From the sequence record OR896820.1: a DNA stretch of 64,000 nt, one strand, 5' to 3'. The position numbers and the translations under genes are program-made. A model generated the notes under the pieces. That model saw nothing but the letters and a program-made list of their open reading frames with translations. It did no database searches and was not told where the DNA came from. Source of the DNA: Escherchia phage Stokescottia. This document shows, piece by piece, positions 30,428 through 39,390 of this stretch (positions are counted from its first letter, which is position 1; each line of letters begins with the position of its first letter).

Positions 30428-31066
30428 ATGACTACTCGTATTTCTAAAACTCGCGCTCTGGCAACTATCAAATCTCTGGAAGCTAAAATCCGTAAAGCTA
30501 CTGAACAGCAGCTTCTGATTGCTGTTGGTGAAGGTAAGGATAAAAACCAGGTTGTAGTTGGCGCTGCAATCGAAGTAGCTGATCTGTCTACCCGTATTAA
30601 GACTGATTTCCAATCTCTGCTGGATATGATGTCTCAGCGTGATCGTATCAAATCTGCTCTGATTAAGAGCAATGCAGAAACAATCGTTGAGATCGGTTCT
30701 CGTAAAATGACTGTTGCGGAAGCAATTGAAGCTAAGCGCTCTATGGAGCTTAAAGCTCAACTGCTGGCTAACATGCGTAAGCAGTTCCATGCCGCTACGG
30801 TTAAATTTAATACGCAGAAAGCACAATTTGATGCTAAATATGAGCGTTTACAGGATAGTATGGCTACTCGCGATAAGAAAACTTCCGAAGATGAAGTTAA
30901 AATGCAGCTCAACCTGCTGGAACTCAAGAATACTCCATTCTTGATTGACCCGCTGGAACTGGAAAAGCTGATTAAGCAGCATGACGAGGAATATCAGGAC
31001 TTTGCAACAAATGTTGACTTTGTTCTGTCCGAGTCTAACGCCTCTACCTTCATTGAAGTAGAGTAA
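30428..31066 (+). CDS. hypothetical protein
   Basis: 212-aa ORF, charged and probably helical. Confidence 0.45.
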   Translation: MTTRISKTRALATIKSLEAKIRKATEQQLLIAVGEGKDKNQVVVGAAIEVADLSTRIKTDFQSLLDMMSQRDRIKSALIKSNAETIVEIGSRKMTVAEAIEAKRSMELKAQLLANMRKQFHAATVKFNTQKAQFDAKYERLQDSMATRDKKTSEDEVKMQLNLLELKNTPFLIDPLELEKLIKQHDEEYQDFATNVDFVLSESNASTFIEVE

Positions 31067-31448
31067 TAATTTAAAAGCTAGTAAATCGGTAGACGAAAGC
31101 CCAAGCATCTTACCTCGCAGCAGCGGTTGAAATACGAGGTTAAATAAGACCGCTGACCATACTATAAAGTATAATCTATTGGAGATTATGTTTATTACAC
31201 CAGCCTTTTAAGCTGACACGTAAGAACAAAGCGTCGTTGATATTACCGACACAACTTCAAAGATCAACATTTAAGTATGAAAGCTGAAAAGTTTAAAGAA
31301 CTCAAACTTCTAAACTTCTAAAGCTAAAAGATGCAAAGTATTCGTTGATGATTCAAACCCTAGATCAAAGGTACATGGCTCATAAGATATGGCCTGTGGC
31401 GCCTCTAGGCTGTTTATCGGTTTACTAGTTTCACAATTTAAAAATGTA

Positions 31449-31478
31449 TTTGCTAATTTACTAAGTTATCTGTATAAT
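31449..31478 (+). promoter_or_regulatory. early-type promoter
   Basis: TTGCTA, 18-nt spacer, TGTATAAT. Confidence 0.55.
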
Positions 31479-31508
31479 ATATTTTTAAATTGATGAAACG
31501 AGGCTATT

Positions 31509-31826
31509 ATGACTTTTCATATTTTGATTGATGATGTGCGTAATCTTCACGGAATGGACATTATCATTCGAACCCCAGAAGCCGCTGTAGAGTTTCTGAA
31601 TAAAACTGATACCACAGGCCATTTCGTTTATATGGATAATGACTTGGCTGTAGATGGTATGGAGGGTTATCAAATTCTTCGTTTACTCTTAGAATTTGGG
31701 CAGAGACCAAAGAAAGTGGTACTAGTAACCTCGAACCCAGTAGCTAAGCAAAATATGCGTAATGATTTGCTTGACTTAGGGTATAAAGAAAATCCCAATC
31801 GTGTTGAATATGATTGGCAGGAGTAA
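31509..31826 (+). CDS. hypothetical protein
   Basis: 105-aa ORF. Confidence 0.4.
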   Translation: MTFHILIDDVRNLHGMDIIIRTPEAAVEFLNKTDTTGHFVYMDNDLAVDGMEGYQILRLLLEFGQRPKKVVLVTSNPVAKQNMRNDLLDLGYKENPNRVEYDWQE

Positions 31827-31831
31827 AAAGA

Positions 31832-32281
31832 ATGAAGGCAGCTTTGCTTTTAGTAGCTGCCCTTACCTTCAGCTTTAGTAGTCAGGCATCGCACGATGCA
31901 AGAGAAATAGATTGCATTGCTAAAAATATCTATTTCGAAAGTCGTGGTGAGGGCATAAAGGGAATGACGGCGATTGCACATGTTACTAAAAACCGTGTAA
32001 ACTCCGGTAAATTCCCAGATTCCTACTGTAAAGTAGTATATCAGTCTAACCAGTTCTCTTGGGTATCTAAGAGACCAAAAGTTGATAAAACTGATGAGGC
32101 TTGGCAAACCGCTAAGAATTTAGCTAGAGTGATATACTACGTTGATTTACCACAAGATCCTACACATGGAGCACTATACTTCCACAGTGGTAAAGATAAA
32201 CCTTACTGGACAAAGAAGTTTAAGAAAACAACTAAGATTAAGGGACATACGTTTTATAAACCTGTTGTCACTAAAACTTAA
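31832..32281 (+). CDS. SleB-like cell wall hydrolase with signal peptide
   Basis: N-terminal signal MKAALLLVAALTFSFSSQA; hydrolase-like NIYFESRGE...HVTKNRV...QFSWV. Confidence 0.6.
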   Translation: MKAALLLVAALTFSFSSQASHDAREIDCIAKNIYFESRGEGIKGMTAIAHVTKNRVNSGKFPDSYCKVVYQSNQFSWVSKRPKVDKTDEAWQTAKNLARVIYYVDLPQDPTHGALYFHSGKDKPYWTKKFKKTTKIKGHTFYKPVVTKT

Positions 32282-32289
32282 AAATTTAC

Positions 32290-32318
32290 TTGCTTAAATA
32301 CTTAAATTTCCGTATAAT
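32290..32318 (+). promoter_or_regulatory. early-type promoter
   Basis: TTGCTT, 17-nt spacer, TATAAT, then CATAAATTAATGAGAGG box. Confidence 0.6.
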
Positions 32319-32349
32319 ACTTCCATAAATTAATGAGAGGAAGCGAAAT

Positions 32350-32520
32350 ATGAAATCAGTTGTAATTATTGGTGTTAACACTCGCGGTATTCGTACTACG
32401 AAAACTGTTAAAACTTCTAACGTTGCTGAAATCACTACGAACCCTAAAAAGTTTGATTTCGCCAAAGTCTCAGCAGTTATGACAGAACAATCTTTTAACC
32501 AAGCGTTAGGAATGAAATAA
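32350..32520 (+). CDS. hypothetical small protein
   Basis: 56-aa ORF (below the 60-aa track cut-off) placed right after promoter and SD. Confidence 0.35.
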   Translation: MKSVVIIGVNTRGIRTTKTVKTSNVAEITTNPKKFDFAKVSAVMTEQSFNQALGMK

Positions 32521-32963
32521 TGGAAGAGAATATTTTAGATGTTTTGCGTAGAGCTTTGCAGGATTCTAAGTTTAATGGTTCTGATAAAGAAGTCGCCAAA
32601 AGCTATCAGACCATAATTGGGGATCTTCAGCGTATTGATAAAGATTTCATCACTTCTGAACAATTTGTGTCTTATCTCAAAGCTCAACTAAAAAGCATTA
32701 ACCAGATGAAAGCTAAACTTCATGGTCAAGATCTCGATAGTTATAGCCTACAGTCTGCTCAGTATGAATACATTCTAAATAAGTGGTTGCAGGAGTATCT
32801 GCCCCCTCAGTTATCTGATACTGAGATTCGTAAATACTTTGCAGAATTAGTTAAGCTAAACCCTGGAATTACAAAGGGTATGCTGATGAAAGCGATTAAG
32901 GAAGAATTTCCTGGGCGTTATGATGGTGGTACTGCTGCTCAGATTGCTGGCGAATTTAATTAA
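32520..32963 (+). CDS. GatB/YqeY-domain-like protein
   Basis: 147 aa; C-terminal ...KGMLMKAIKEEFPGRYDGGTAAQIAGEF resembles YqeY. Confidence 0.4.
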   Translation: MEENILDVLRRALQDSKFNGSDKEVAKSYQTIIGDLQRIDKDFITSEQFVSYLKAQLKSINQMKAKLHGQDLDSYSLQSAQYEYILNKWLQEYLPPQLSDTEIRKYFAELVKLNPGITKGMLMKAIKEEFPGRYDGGTAAQIAGEFN

Positions 32964-32971
32964 AAATTCAT

Positions 32972-33000
32972 TTGCTAAATGCTTATAAATTCTGTATAAT
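32972..33000 (+). promoter_or_regulatory. early-type promoter reading into a non-coding region
   Basis: TTGCTA, 17-nt spacer, TGTATAAT; no ORF follows for ~900 nt. Confidence 0.6.
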
Positions 33001-33224
33001 ATATTCATAAATTAGGGAACAGCGAGCCGATTACGCTGAGTGCAGAATCCCAACCGGAGCGCATTGAATAGAGTCGGTGGGTTAGTTGTAAAACTAGTAC
33101 ACAGGGGGCGGCAATTCCGGTTAGTGGCTAGAACGTGTAAAATGAGGCGTCTGAAACCTCTCCCCTAAACTCTTCTCTAATTTATAAATAGTGGGGTGTG
33201 GAAATCACTTATGTAGTAACACTG

Positions 33225-33295
33225 CCGTCCTAGTATAATTGGTATTATCAAGCCGTAACTGGTGGAAGATGTAGGTTCGAATCCTACGGTCGGTA
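33225..33295 (+). ncRNA. degenerate tRNA-like element
   Basis: Canonical T-arm GTAGG TTCGAAT CCTAC but no canonical acceptor or anticodon stems. Confidence 0.25.
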
Positions 33296-33797
33296 AGAAC
33301 TGGATAACTGGTGCTTTTAACGTAAAAGCTTCCGAGGTTAGTTGCGCACTGCCTAAACCACGCGGTAGTTGGTTCCAGACTAACCAACCAGTCTGCTGAA
33401 TAGTTTTATTACGATTTAACTATGTCCAGGCTAAAGAAGAACTTTAGAAGGTATTCTAGGATAGTGAAGTTCTTTCTCCATATCGGAGTAGTTTTTCAAG
33501 CTATCCACAAAGTGGGAAATGCTGACATGAGAGATGTCACTAATGGTGCACAATAGCACAGGTAATTCGCGATAATTCCTGTTGAGTAGCAGCAAAAGGC
33601 GGGAAGTCATGACCCCAAGCCTAACCGAGTCCTCAATATACCGCAGGACATAACCACTAAGTCACCCTGACTTAAACTGGAAAATAATAGACGTTACCGT
33701 ATTTTGTCTTGAAATACTTAATGAGTGGGACTTATGACTCTCCCGGTATCGTCTGTATTTTTAAGAGTTTTTACGAGAGTTCTTAAAAATACTTAAA

Positions 33798-33872
33798 CGG
33801 GGTGTAGTCTAAGGGAGAGGCAGGAGTCTTCTAAATTCCTTTATGCAGGTTCGAATCCTGTCACCTCGGCCA
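33798..33872 (+). tRNA. tRNA-Arg(TCT)
   Basis: Hand-folded cloverleaf: acceptor CGGGGTG/CACCTCG, anticodon loop CTTCTAA, T-loop TTCGAAT, encoded CCA. Confidence 0.65.
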
Positions 33873-33906
33873 ATTTTATTAACTGTAACTAAAACAAAGG
33901 AAATAT

Positions 33907-34854
33907 ATGTTTGCTACTAAAAACACTAAAGAACTGACTTATGAGCAAAAATTAATGCGTAATATCAAACGTTGGGGTATTGGGGCTGCAGTTGGTTTGG
34001 TAGGTTTAGTTCTGGCTCTTAACTCTTACACTGTTGTTCAAGACGGTACTGTTAAAACCCAGACTTTCCTGGGTAAAGTTGACCCTAGCCCAGTATTACC
34101 CGGCTTTCATATTGTAAATCCTTTTGCTTCTTTCGATACTTTTAGTACTAAAGATATTGCTCTAAAATTAGATAAACTTCAGGTTCCTAGTCAGGATAAG
34201 TTTAAATCCACTGTTGACCTGACTGTTATGTTGCAGTTTGATGGTTCTAAGGCACCGATTAACCGTATTAATGCAGGTACTCAGGATCAAGCATTAGACA
34301 AATATGTAACTGAAAAATTACTGTCTACTATTCGTGAGTTTGGTAAGTCTGTACCTAAAGCACAAGATTTATTTGATGCTAAAATTCAGGCTCAATTGCA
34401 AACTGCAATTCAACAGGAAGTTGAAGAGTATGCACGCCCATATGGTTACACAGTTAAGCAGGTGTTTCTTCAGGATATTACTTTGCCACCGGTAATCATG
34501 GAACAGGTACAGAATACCAAAGTTCGTGAAGAGCAAGTTAATGCTGCGAAAGCTGAGCTTGCTCGTGTTGAACAGGAAGCACAGCAAAAAGTTAAACAAG
34601 CAGAAGCAGATCGTGAAGCTCGCAATAACCAAGCTATTGCTAATGAACGTGACGCAGATGCTAAACTGTACGCAGCTAAGAAAGAAGCTGAAGCTAACGC
34701 CGCACTGCAACGTACCATTACTCCTGAGATGATTCGTTGGAAACAACTGGAAGTTGAGATGATTCGTGCTCAGAAATATCAAGGTGGTGTACCTCAGACT
34801 GTAGTTGGCACTGGCTATGATGGTCAAATGATCATGGATATGCGTAACAAGTAA
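33907..34854 (+). CDS. SPFH/band-7-like membrane protein
   Basis: 315 aa; N-terminal TM helix, then domain followed by Ala/Glu-rich coiled coil. Confidence 0.5.
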   Translation: MFATKNTKELTYEQKLMRNIKRWGIGAAVGLVGLVLALNSYTVVQDGTVKTQTFLGKVDPSPVLPGFHIVNPFASFDTFSTKDIALKLDKLQVPSQDKFKSTVDLTVMLQFDGSKAPINRINAGTQDQALDKYVTEKLLSTIREFGKSVPKAQDLFDAKIQAQLQTAIQQEVEEYARPYGYTVKQVFLQDITLPPVIMEQVQNTKVREEQVNAAKAELARVEQEAQQKVKQAEADREARNNQAIANERDADAKLYAAKKEAEANAALQRTITPEMIRWKQLEVEMIRAQKYQGGVPQTVVGTGYDGQMIMDMRNK

Positions 34855-34878
34855 TAGTTACACGTAATCTTCGAACTA

Positions 34879-34915
34879 AGCCCGCGTTTTCTCCGAGAGC
34901 GCGGGCTTTTCTGTA
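34879..34915 (+). terminator. rho-independent terminator
   Basis: AAGCCCGCG...CGCGGGCTT hairpin followed by TTTCTGTATTT. Confidence 0.6.
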
Positions 34916-34920
34916 TTTAA

Positions 34921-34968
34921 GGAAAAAGAAAAAGCCCCTTACCTTTCGGCAGGGGCTTTTGTTTTTTG
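34921..34968. terminator. bidirectional terminator between convergent genes
   Basis: AGCCCCTT...AGGGGCT hairpin flanked by an A-run upstream and a T-run downstream. Confidence 0.6.
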
Positions 34969-35174
34969 GTTTAGAACCACACTCTCGGTGTACAGCAACC
35001 ACCTATATGGGAGGCCAACCTTGACTGAAAATCTACTCTAGGGGGCAGGATAAGAGTAGGCTTAAAGGCAAACGGATTGAACGCCGGTATTTGCGTAAAC
35101 ATTGCTGGAGAGCAACAACGTGCTACAGGCATTGGGCAGCACGAAACAGATTTTCTGCAACACATAATTCCTCC

Positions 35175-35591
35175 TTAGGAGTTATTACCACCATTTTGAG
35201 CTTTTGCAACTTGGCTTTGGCAGAAGCTATTAAACTTACCCATAAGTGATACAAGCTGCTTCCCGTCCTCTGTCTTTGCGAAGTCTTCGAAAAGGGCTAG
35301 TACTGCCTGTCCTTCCGCAGAAACCTGCGGTTGTTGGGTTTGTTGCTGAACTTGCTGCTGCGGCATCTGTTGCTGCATTTGTTGAGGCATTTGCGACTGC
35401 CCGCTCATTTGCTGCATCATTTGCATAGGACTCACACTTCCAGGGTTTTGCTGGAGTTGTTGCTGCATCTGTTGCGCTTCTGCTAAACGCTGTTGCAACT
35501 GTTGTAAGTAGGGGTTATCCAGACCCGGCATGGGCTGCTGGGAGCCCATACTTTGATTAAGTCCGTTATTTACAAAACCATATTTACTCAT
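35175..35591 (-). CDS. glutamine-rich hypothetical protein
   Basis: 138 aa; long Q/M-rich low-complexity core. Confidence 0.45.
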   Translation of the reverse strand: MSKYGFVNNGLNQSMGSQQPMPGLDNPYLQQLQQRLAEAQQMQQQLQQNPGSVSPMQMMQQMSGQSQMPQQMQQQMPQQQVQQQTQQPQVSAEGQAVLALFEDFAKTEDGKQLVSLMGKFNSFCQSQVAKAQNGGNNS

Positions 35592-35612
35592 AATGGGCTC
35601 CTCCCCTTAATA

Positions 35613-36605
35613 TTAAGCCGGCAGTTTAGCCTGCAGACCAGCCAGAGTCTGAGTGATAGCACCAAGACTTAAAGCGATTTGATTAATTACCTGACCGTTA
35701 GCACCGCTACCCGCAGCGATTGCTTCACGTAGGCGACATGCATCTAACTCATCCTGGATACGCGCAGTAGTTACACCAGCGATCGCAGTCTGAAGCTCAC
35801 AGCAGCACTCAGCAAGCTGGCGTTCGATAGAGTTCTGGTTAGCACACATCTGAGCCTGAACAGCGGCAAACTGGTTATTAGTTTGTAAAGTCTGCTGGAA
35901 AGCGATCTGTGCAGAATCAAACTTATCTTGTGCACGAGCTATCTGGTTAGCTGCGAAAGATTGATCAATCTGGCGAGAAAGATCGAACTGACCCTGAATA
36001 ACGTTGCGAGTTTCCTGGCAGATCTGATTAGACAGATTAGCACCTGTACCATAGATCGTAGTTAGTACAGACTGAGTATCACGGCTCTGGTTTTGGGATG
36101 TCTGGCTAAAACCATTGTTAACTGCGCTTAAAACAGCTCCAGTACCCTGGTTAGCTTCTGTACGAGTAGTGTTAATAGCTGCTAGAATACTAGCGGTATC
36201 TTGGTTCTGAAGTACTGCATCAACTGCGGTACCTTCACCAACTATACCACGTCCACCGAATCCACCGAAACCACCGAATCCGCCTGTTAATAGAGCACCG
36301 ATTAGGATAGCTCCGAATAGTCCCATACCTTCACCACCGAAAGCGCCTGCGTTTGCTGGGTAACCACCCATTAGGCCAGGGAAGCCACTAGTGAATACGT
36401 TTACTGGTTCTTGCATTTTACGTTTTCCATATTTATGACAATACTCATCATCGTCATCTTCTTCATCATCTTCATCGTGTTCACGATGTTTCTCTTCGTA
36501 GGCTCTGACCTTCTCCCACTTTTTCTTATCTGATTCCTCGTGACGGTGCAGTTCTGCTGCAACGCTAGCGACGGTCTCAGGACTCTTAGCTACTTCTTCT
36601 GTCAT
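35613..36605 (-). CDS. glycine-rich hypothetical protein with acidic N-terminal tract
   Basis: DEDDEEDDDDEY tract, GGFGGFGGFGG repeat, Q/N/T-rich tail; ATG at 36605 has AGGAGG SD. Confidence 0.5.
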   Translation of the reverse strand: MTEEVAKSPETVASVAAELHRHEESDKKKWEKVRAYEEKHREHDEDDEEDDDDEYCHKYGKRKMQEPVNVFTSGFPGLMGGYPANAGAFGGEGMGLFGAILIGALLTGGFGGFGGFGGRGIVGEGTAVDAVLQNQDTASILAAINTTRTEANQGTGAVLSAVNNGFSQTSQNQSRDTQSVLTTIYGTGANLSNQICQETRNVIQGQFDLSRQIDQSFAANQIARAQDKFDSAQIAFQQTLQTNNQFAAVQAQMCANQNSIERQLAECCCELQTAIAGVTTARIQDELDACRLREAIAAGSGANGQVINQIALSLGAITQTLAGLQAKLPA

Positions 36606-36812
36606 TTTTTGACACCTCCTAGTATATAGAAAATGTGTGTCTCTTTGATCACTCATCCATAACATATACTTTACACTACCCCAGCGAAAATGTCAAGGGG
36701 TCTTTAAAAATTGCCCCTGGATTTTTAGTGGGGTCACAAATTTTGGTCCTCACCACTTATCTGCTACCCTTAAGTGCCCTATGATTTTCCTCTAAAAAGT
36801 TAAAAAATTTGA

Positions 36813-36841
36813 TTGCTTGAATGCTAAATTCTCTGTATAAT
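36813..36841 (+). promoter_or_regulatory. early-type promoter
   Basis: TTGCTT, 17-nt spacer, TGTATAAT, then CTATAAATTTGAGAGAGG box. Confidence 0.6.
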
Positions 36842-36871
36842 ATATCTATAAATTTGAGAGAGGAACCAAAT

Positions 36872-37390
36872 ATGAATGTTGATGAGCTAACACAGCACCT
36901 CTTATCTAGAGGATTTGATACAGATAAATATCATTGCTGGTTAAGTCCGGAAGGGTGGCTAACAGTCCCGTTGTATGATTTCTCTGGAATGTTGAGGGGC
37001 TATCAAACTTATAATCCTTCTGCTCCAAAAGGTCATGGTAAGTGCCCCTTTGAAGCTAAATACTTTACTTATTCTACTACACAGTGTGTATGGGGACTAG
37101 AAACTCTCAATGGGGATGAAAAAGTAGTATTGATTGCTGAATCTGTATTTAAGGCAGTTGCATTACATAATGCTGGTTATCCAGCCCTAGCAATGTTAGG
37201 TTCTTCTCCAGGAAAAGCGTTATTAAAGCAACTGAAATTACTACCCTTTAAATTGGTAGCTGTCGGGGATAATGATCCTGCGGGTGAAAAATTTGCTAGA
37301 AAATTAAACGGCTTTGTTTCTCCCGTAGATGTGGATGAGATGTCTACCGAAAACTTGAAAAATTTTCTTGCTATGAAGCTAAATTTCTAA
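36872..37390 (+). CDS. Toprim-domain protein
   Basis: 173 aa; Glu in LIAESVF and DxD in VGDNDPAG suggest a Toprim fold. Confidence 0.45.
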   Translation: MNVDELTQHLLSRGFDTDKYHCWLSPEGWLTVPLYDFSGMLRGYQTYNPSAPKGHGKCPFEAKYFTYSTTQCVWGLETLNGDEKVVLIAESVFKAVALHNAGYPALAMLGSSPGKALLKQLKLLPFKLVAVGDNDPAGEKFARKLNGFVSPVDVDEMSTENLKNFLAMKLNF

Positions 37391-37396
37391 TATAAT
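37367..37396 (+). promoter_or_regulatory. early-type promoter driving the tRNA island
   Basis: TTGCTA, 18-nt spacer, TATAAT; overlaps the 3' end of the Toprim ORF; tRNA-Ser begins ~16 nt after the -10. Confidence 0.55.
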
Positions 37397-37411
37397 ATAT
37401 CTTATAAATTC

Positions 37412-37500
37412 GGAAGAATAGCATAACGGTATTGCAGCAGATTGCTAATCTGTCGGTTTGAAATATAGCCTTGTGGGTTCGATTCCCACTTCTTCCGCCA
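37412..37500 (+). tRNA. tRNA-Ser(GCT)
   Basis: Acceptor GGAAGAA/TTCTTCC, anticodon loop TTGCTAA, long variable arm, encoded CCA. Confidence 0.7.
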
Positions 37501-37505
37501 AATTT

Positions 37506-37583
37506 GGTTCTCAAGCTCATATGGTATGAGCACCCGGCTCATAACCGGAAGGTACGTAGGTTCGAATCCTCGGGGAGCCACCA
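37506..37583 (+). tRNA. tRNA with CAT anticodon (Met or Ile2)
   Basis: Acceptor GGTTCTC/GGGAGCC, D-stem GCTC/GAGC, anticodon loop CTCATAA; T-stem imperfect. Confidence 0.55.
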
Positions 37584-37601
37584 ATTAAATAGAGGTCACA
37601 A

Positions 37602-37790
37602 ATGGATCTATATATAGTTTATGTTGTGTTTATTCAAGATAGAGAATACCCGGATGAATATAAAAAAGGATATAGGTTAGCCAGAGCTACATCTGAAGCC
37701 CAAGCTATGGATAAAGTGGCGGATTATATGATTACGGTAGAAAACGTACACTATATCGACTACCTTGAAGCCTCAAAAGTAATTGACTAA
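37602..37790 (+). CDS. hypothetical protein
   Basis: 62-aa ORF inside the tRNA island. Confidence 0.35.
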   Translation: MDLYIVYVVFIQDREYPDEYKKGYRLARATSEAQAMDKVADYMITVENVHYIDYLEASKVID

Positions 37791-37799
37791 GGAGACTAT

Positions 37800-37985
37800 A
37801 TGTCTAAGTTTCAAGAACTCAAGCAAGAGCTAGAAGAATGTGCCTGCCCTGAGTGTAGGGGAATTGGTGAAAGTTCTGATGCAGAAGCAGGAGATACTTT
37901 TTGCAATATCTGGGTTTGCCCAAATTGCAAGGGTACAGGTATTAATCCTAACTGCGGTATTTCCCTAGATATTGAACGAGGATAA
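37800..37985 (+). CDS. hypothetical zinc-ribbon-like protein
   Basis: 61 aa with CxxC...CxxC (CACPECRG...CPNCKG). Confidence 0.4.
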   Translation: MSKFQELKQELEECACPECRGIGESSDAEAGDTFCNIWVCPNCKGTGINPNCGISLDIERG

Positions 37986-38086
37986 TACCTGTGAAACTAA
38001 AAGATTATTATATTGGTTGGTTTGTAGGACTAGTAGTAGGATTTTCACTAGGCTATAATATGTATCAACTAATAAACTGATTACAC

Positions 38087-38163
38087 GGGGGTGTAATCGA
38101 ATTGGCATAGGTACTGGACTTAAAATTCAGGTTTTGTGGGTTCGAATCCCACCACCACTACCA
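38087..38163 (+). tRNA. tRNA-Leu(TAA), atypical short variable loop
   Basis: Anticodon loop CTTAAAA, T-arm GTGGG TTCGAAT CCCAC, encoded CCA; one acceptor mismatch; 5-nt variable loop. Confidence 0.5.
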
Positions 38164-38338
38164 AATTAAGGAAATAAGATGTATAGACATCCACCTCCGC
38201 CAACACGTCGTTCTAGAGAAGTTATTCTCATGGAATTGACTAAAAACTTCAAGGCAACCCTTGAAGATAGAGATCTAGGCACGGATGAAGACATTGATTT
38301 TATTTGTAGACTATTAAAGATGAAACTGGAGAAACAAC

Positions 38339-38545
38339 ATGGCTAATCCTGAAATTACCGCACAACGTTTCATGCTTAAAGGTATGATTGCTGAGGCGGG
38401 TATAACTCAAGAGGTTGCAGATTTTCATAAGCAATTTCTTGATATTATAACTCTAGCTAAAGAGACTGGAGAAAAAGAGCACGGAGCAGCAATTATGGCT
38501 ATATCTCTTATTAGTCTAGACTTGGCTGAAGAATCTGGAGTTTAG
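38339..38545 (+). CDS. hypothetical protein
   Basis: 68-aa ORF. Confidence 0.35.
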   Translation: MANPEITAQRFMLKGMIAEAGITQEVADFHKQFLDIITLAKETGEKEHGAAIMAISLISLDLAEESGV

Positions 38546-38575
38546 CTCCTCCAAACAGAATTTTTAAAAATGTAC

Positions 38576-38605
38576 TTGCCTTTTGCTTTAAATTTCTGGT
38601 ATAAT
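38576..38605 (+). promoter_or_regulatory. early-type promoter
   Basis: TTGCCT, 18-nt spacer, TGgTATAAT, then TATAAATTGATGAAGGAG box. Confidence 0.55.
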
Positions 38606-38635
38606 AATTATATAAATTGATGAAGGAGTTAACTA

Positions 38636-38911
38636 ATGCAAAATCGTGTTATAGCTGCTGGTATTGAAAGTGCAATCTGTAAATCCTGGGAAGGCTGGGA
38701 AGGTGAGATTGAATGGCTTTATTTCTACGATGTAGAACTTCTGCCGGAAATTAAAGCTAAATGTATTGAAGCTGGCATGGCTCCAGATGCAAAAGCTGAT
38801 ATTGATATTTCAATGTCTGAACTTAAAGGTCGTGTAATCACTGTTAGTGATGAGGGCGAAGAAGTTTTTGAACTTCCGTTCTCCTTAACTGTCACTCCTA
38901 AGTTCGACTAA
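38636..38911 (+). CDS. hypothetical protein
   Basis: 91-aa ORF. Confidence 0.4.
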   Translation: MQNRVIAAGIESAICKSWEGWEGEIEWLYFYDVELLPEIKAKCIEAGMAPDAKADIDISMSELKGRVITVSDEGEEVFELPFSLTVTPKFD

Positions 38912-38947
38912 CTAATACAGCATTGGGCAAGTTCTTTAAAATTTGAC

Positions 38948-38976
38948 TTGCCCAATACTATAAAACTTGATATAAT
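38948..38976 (+). promoter_or_regulatory. early-type promoter overlapping a hairpin
   Basis: TTGCCC, 17-nt spacer, TGaTATAAT; -35 lies in the inverted repeat TTGGGCAAG...CTTGCCCAA. Confidence 0.45.
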
Positions 38977-39042
38977 ATTTATCTAATTTGGAAACATATT
39001 TAAAAGTGTTTAAATGAGAATTTTTTGAATACTTCTAAATAT

Positions 39043-39130
39043 GGGGAAATATTCTGTAAGTGGTAGCAGAGCTGACTGTAAATCAGTTGTCATTGCGACT
39101 CGGGTGGTTCGACTCCATCTTTCCCCACCA
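39043..39130 (+). tRNA. tRNA-Tyr(GTA)
   Basis: Acceptor GGGGAAA/TTTCCCC, anticodon loop CTGTAAA, long variable arm, encoded CCA. Confidence 0.7.
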
Positions 39131-39137
39131 ATTTAAT

Positions 39138-39212
39138 GCACCTATCGTCTAGCGGTTAGGACACCACTCTTTCACAGTGGGAACACGAGTTCGATCCTCG
39201 TTGGGTGTGCCA
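39138..39212 (+). tRNA. tRNA-Glu(TTC)
   Basis: Acceptor GCACCTA/TGGGTGT, anticodon loop CTTTCAC, T-arm ACGAG TTCGATC CTCGT, CCA. Confidence 0.7.
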
Positions 39213-39221
39213 ATTAATAAT

Positions 39222-39292
39222 TGGGGTACGCATAGGTTGCAAATGGGCCTCCAAAACCCATGAAAAGGTTTCGAATACCTTTACCCCTGCCA
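39222..39292 (+). tRNA. tRNA-Trp(CCA)-like
   Basis: Anticodon loop CTCCAAA, T-arm AAGGT TTCGAAT ACCTT, CCA; mismatches at 1-72 and in the D-stem. Confidence 0.45.
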
Positions 39293-39298
39293 AAATTT

Positions 39299-39373
39299 GC
39301 ACCTTTAGCTGAGATGGATTAGCGCTTGCCTGAAGAGCTTGAGAGGTTCGTTCGATACGAACAGGGTGCACCA
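39299..39373 (+). tRNA. tRNA-Phe(GAA)-like
   Basis: Acceptor GCACCTT/AGGGTGC, D-stem GCTG/TAGC, loop CTGAAGA; anticodon stem has two mismatches. Confidence 0.5.
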
Positions 39374-39390
39374 AATTGAAGGAGCTGCTG

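Noticed and set aside
34369-34827. Minus-strand ORFs antisense to the SPFH-like gene (34369..34827, 34470..34718)
   Set aside because: Contained within a better-supported plus-strand CDS; translations are low complexity.
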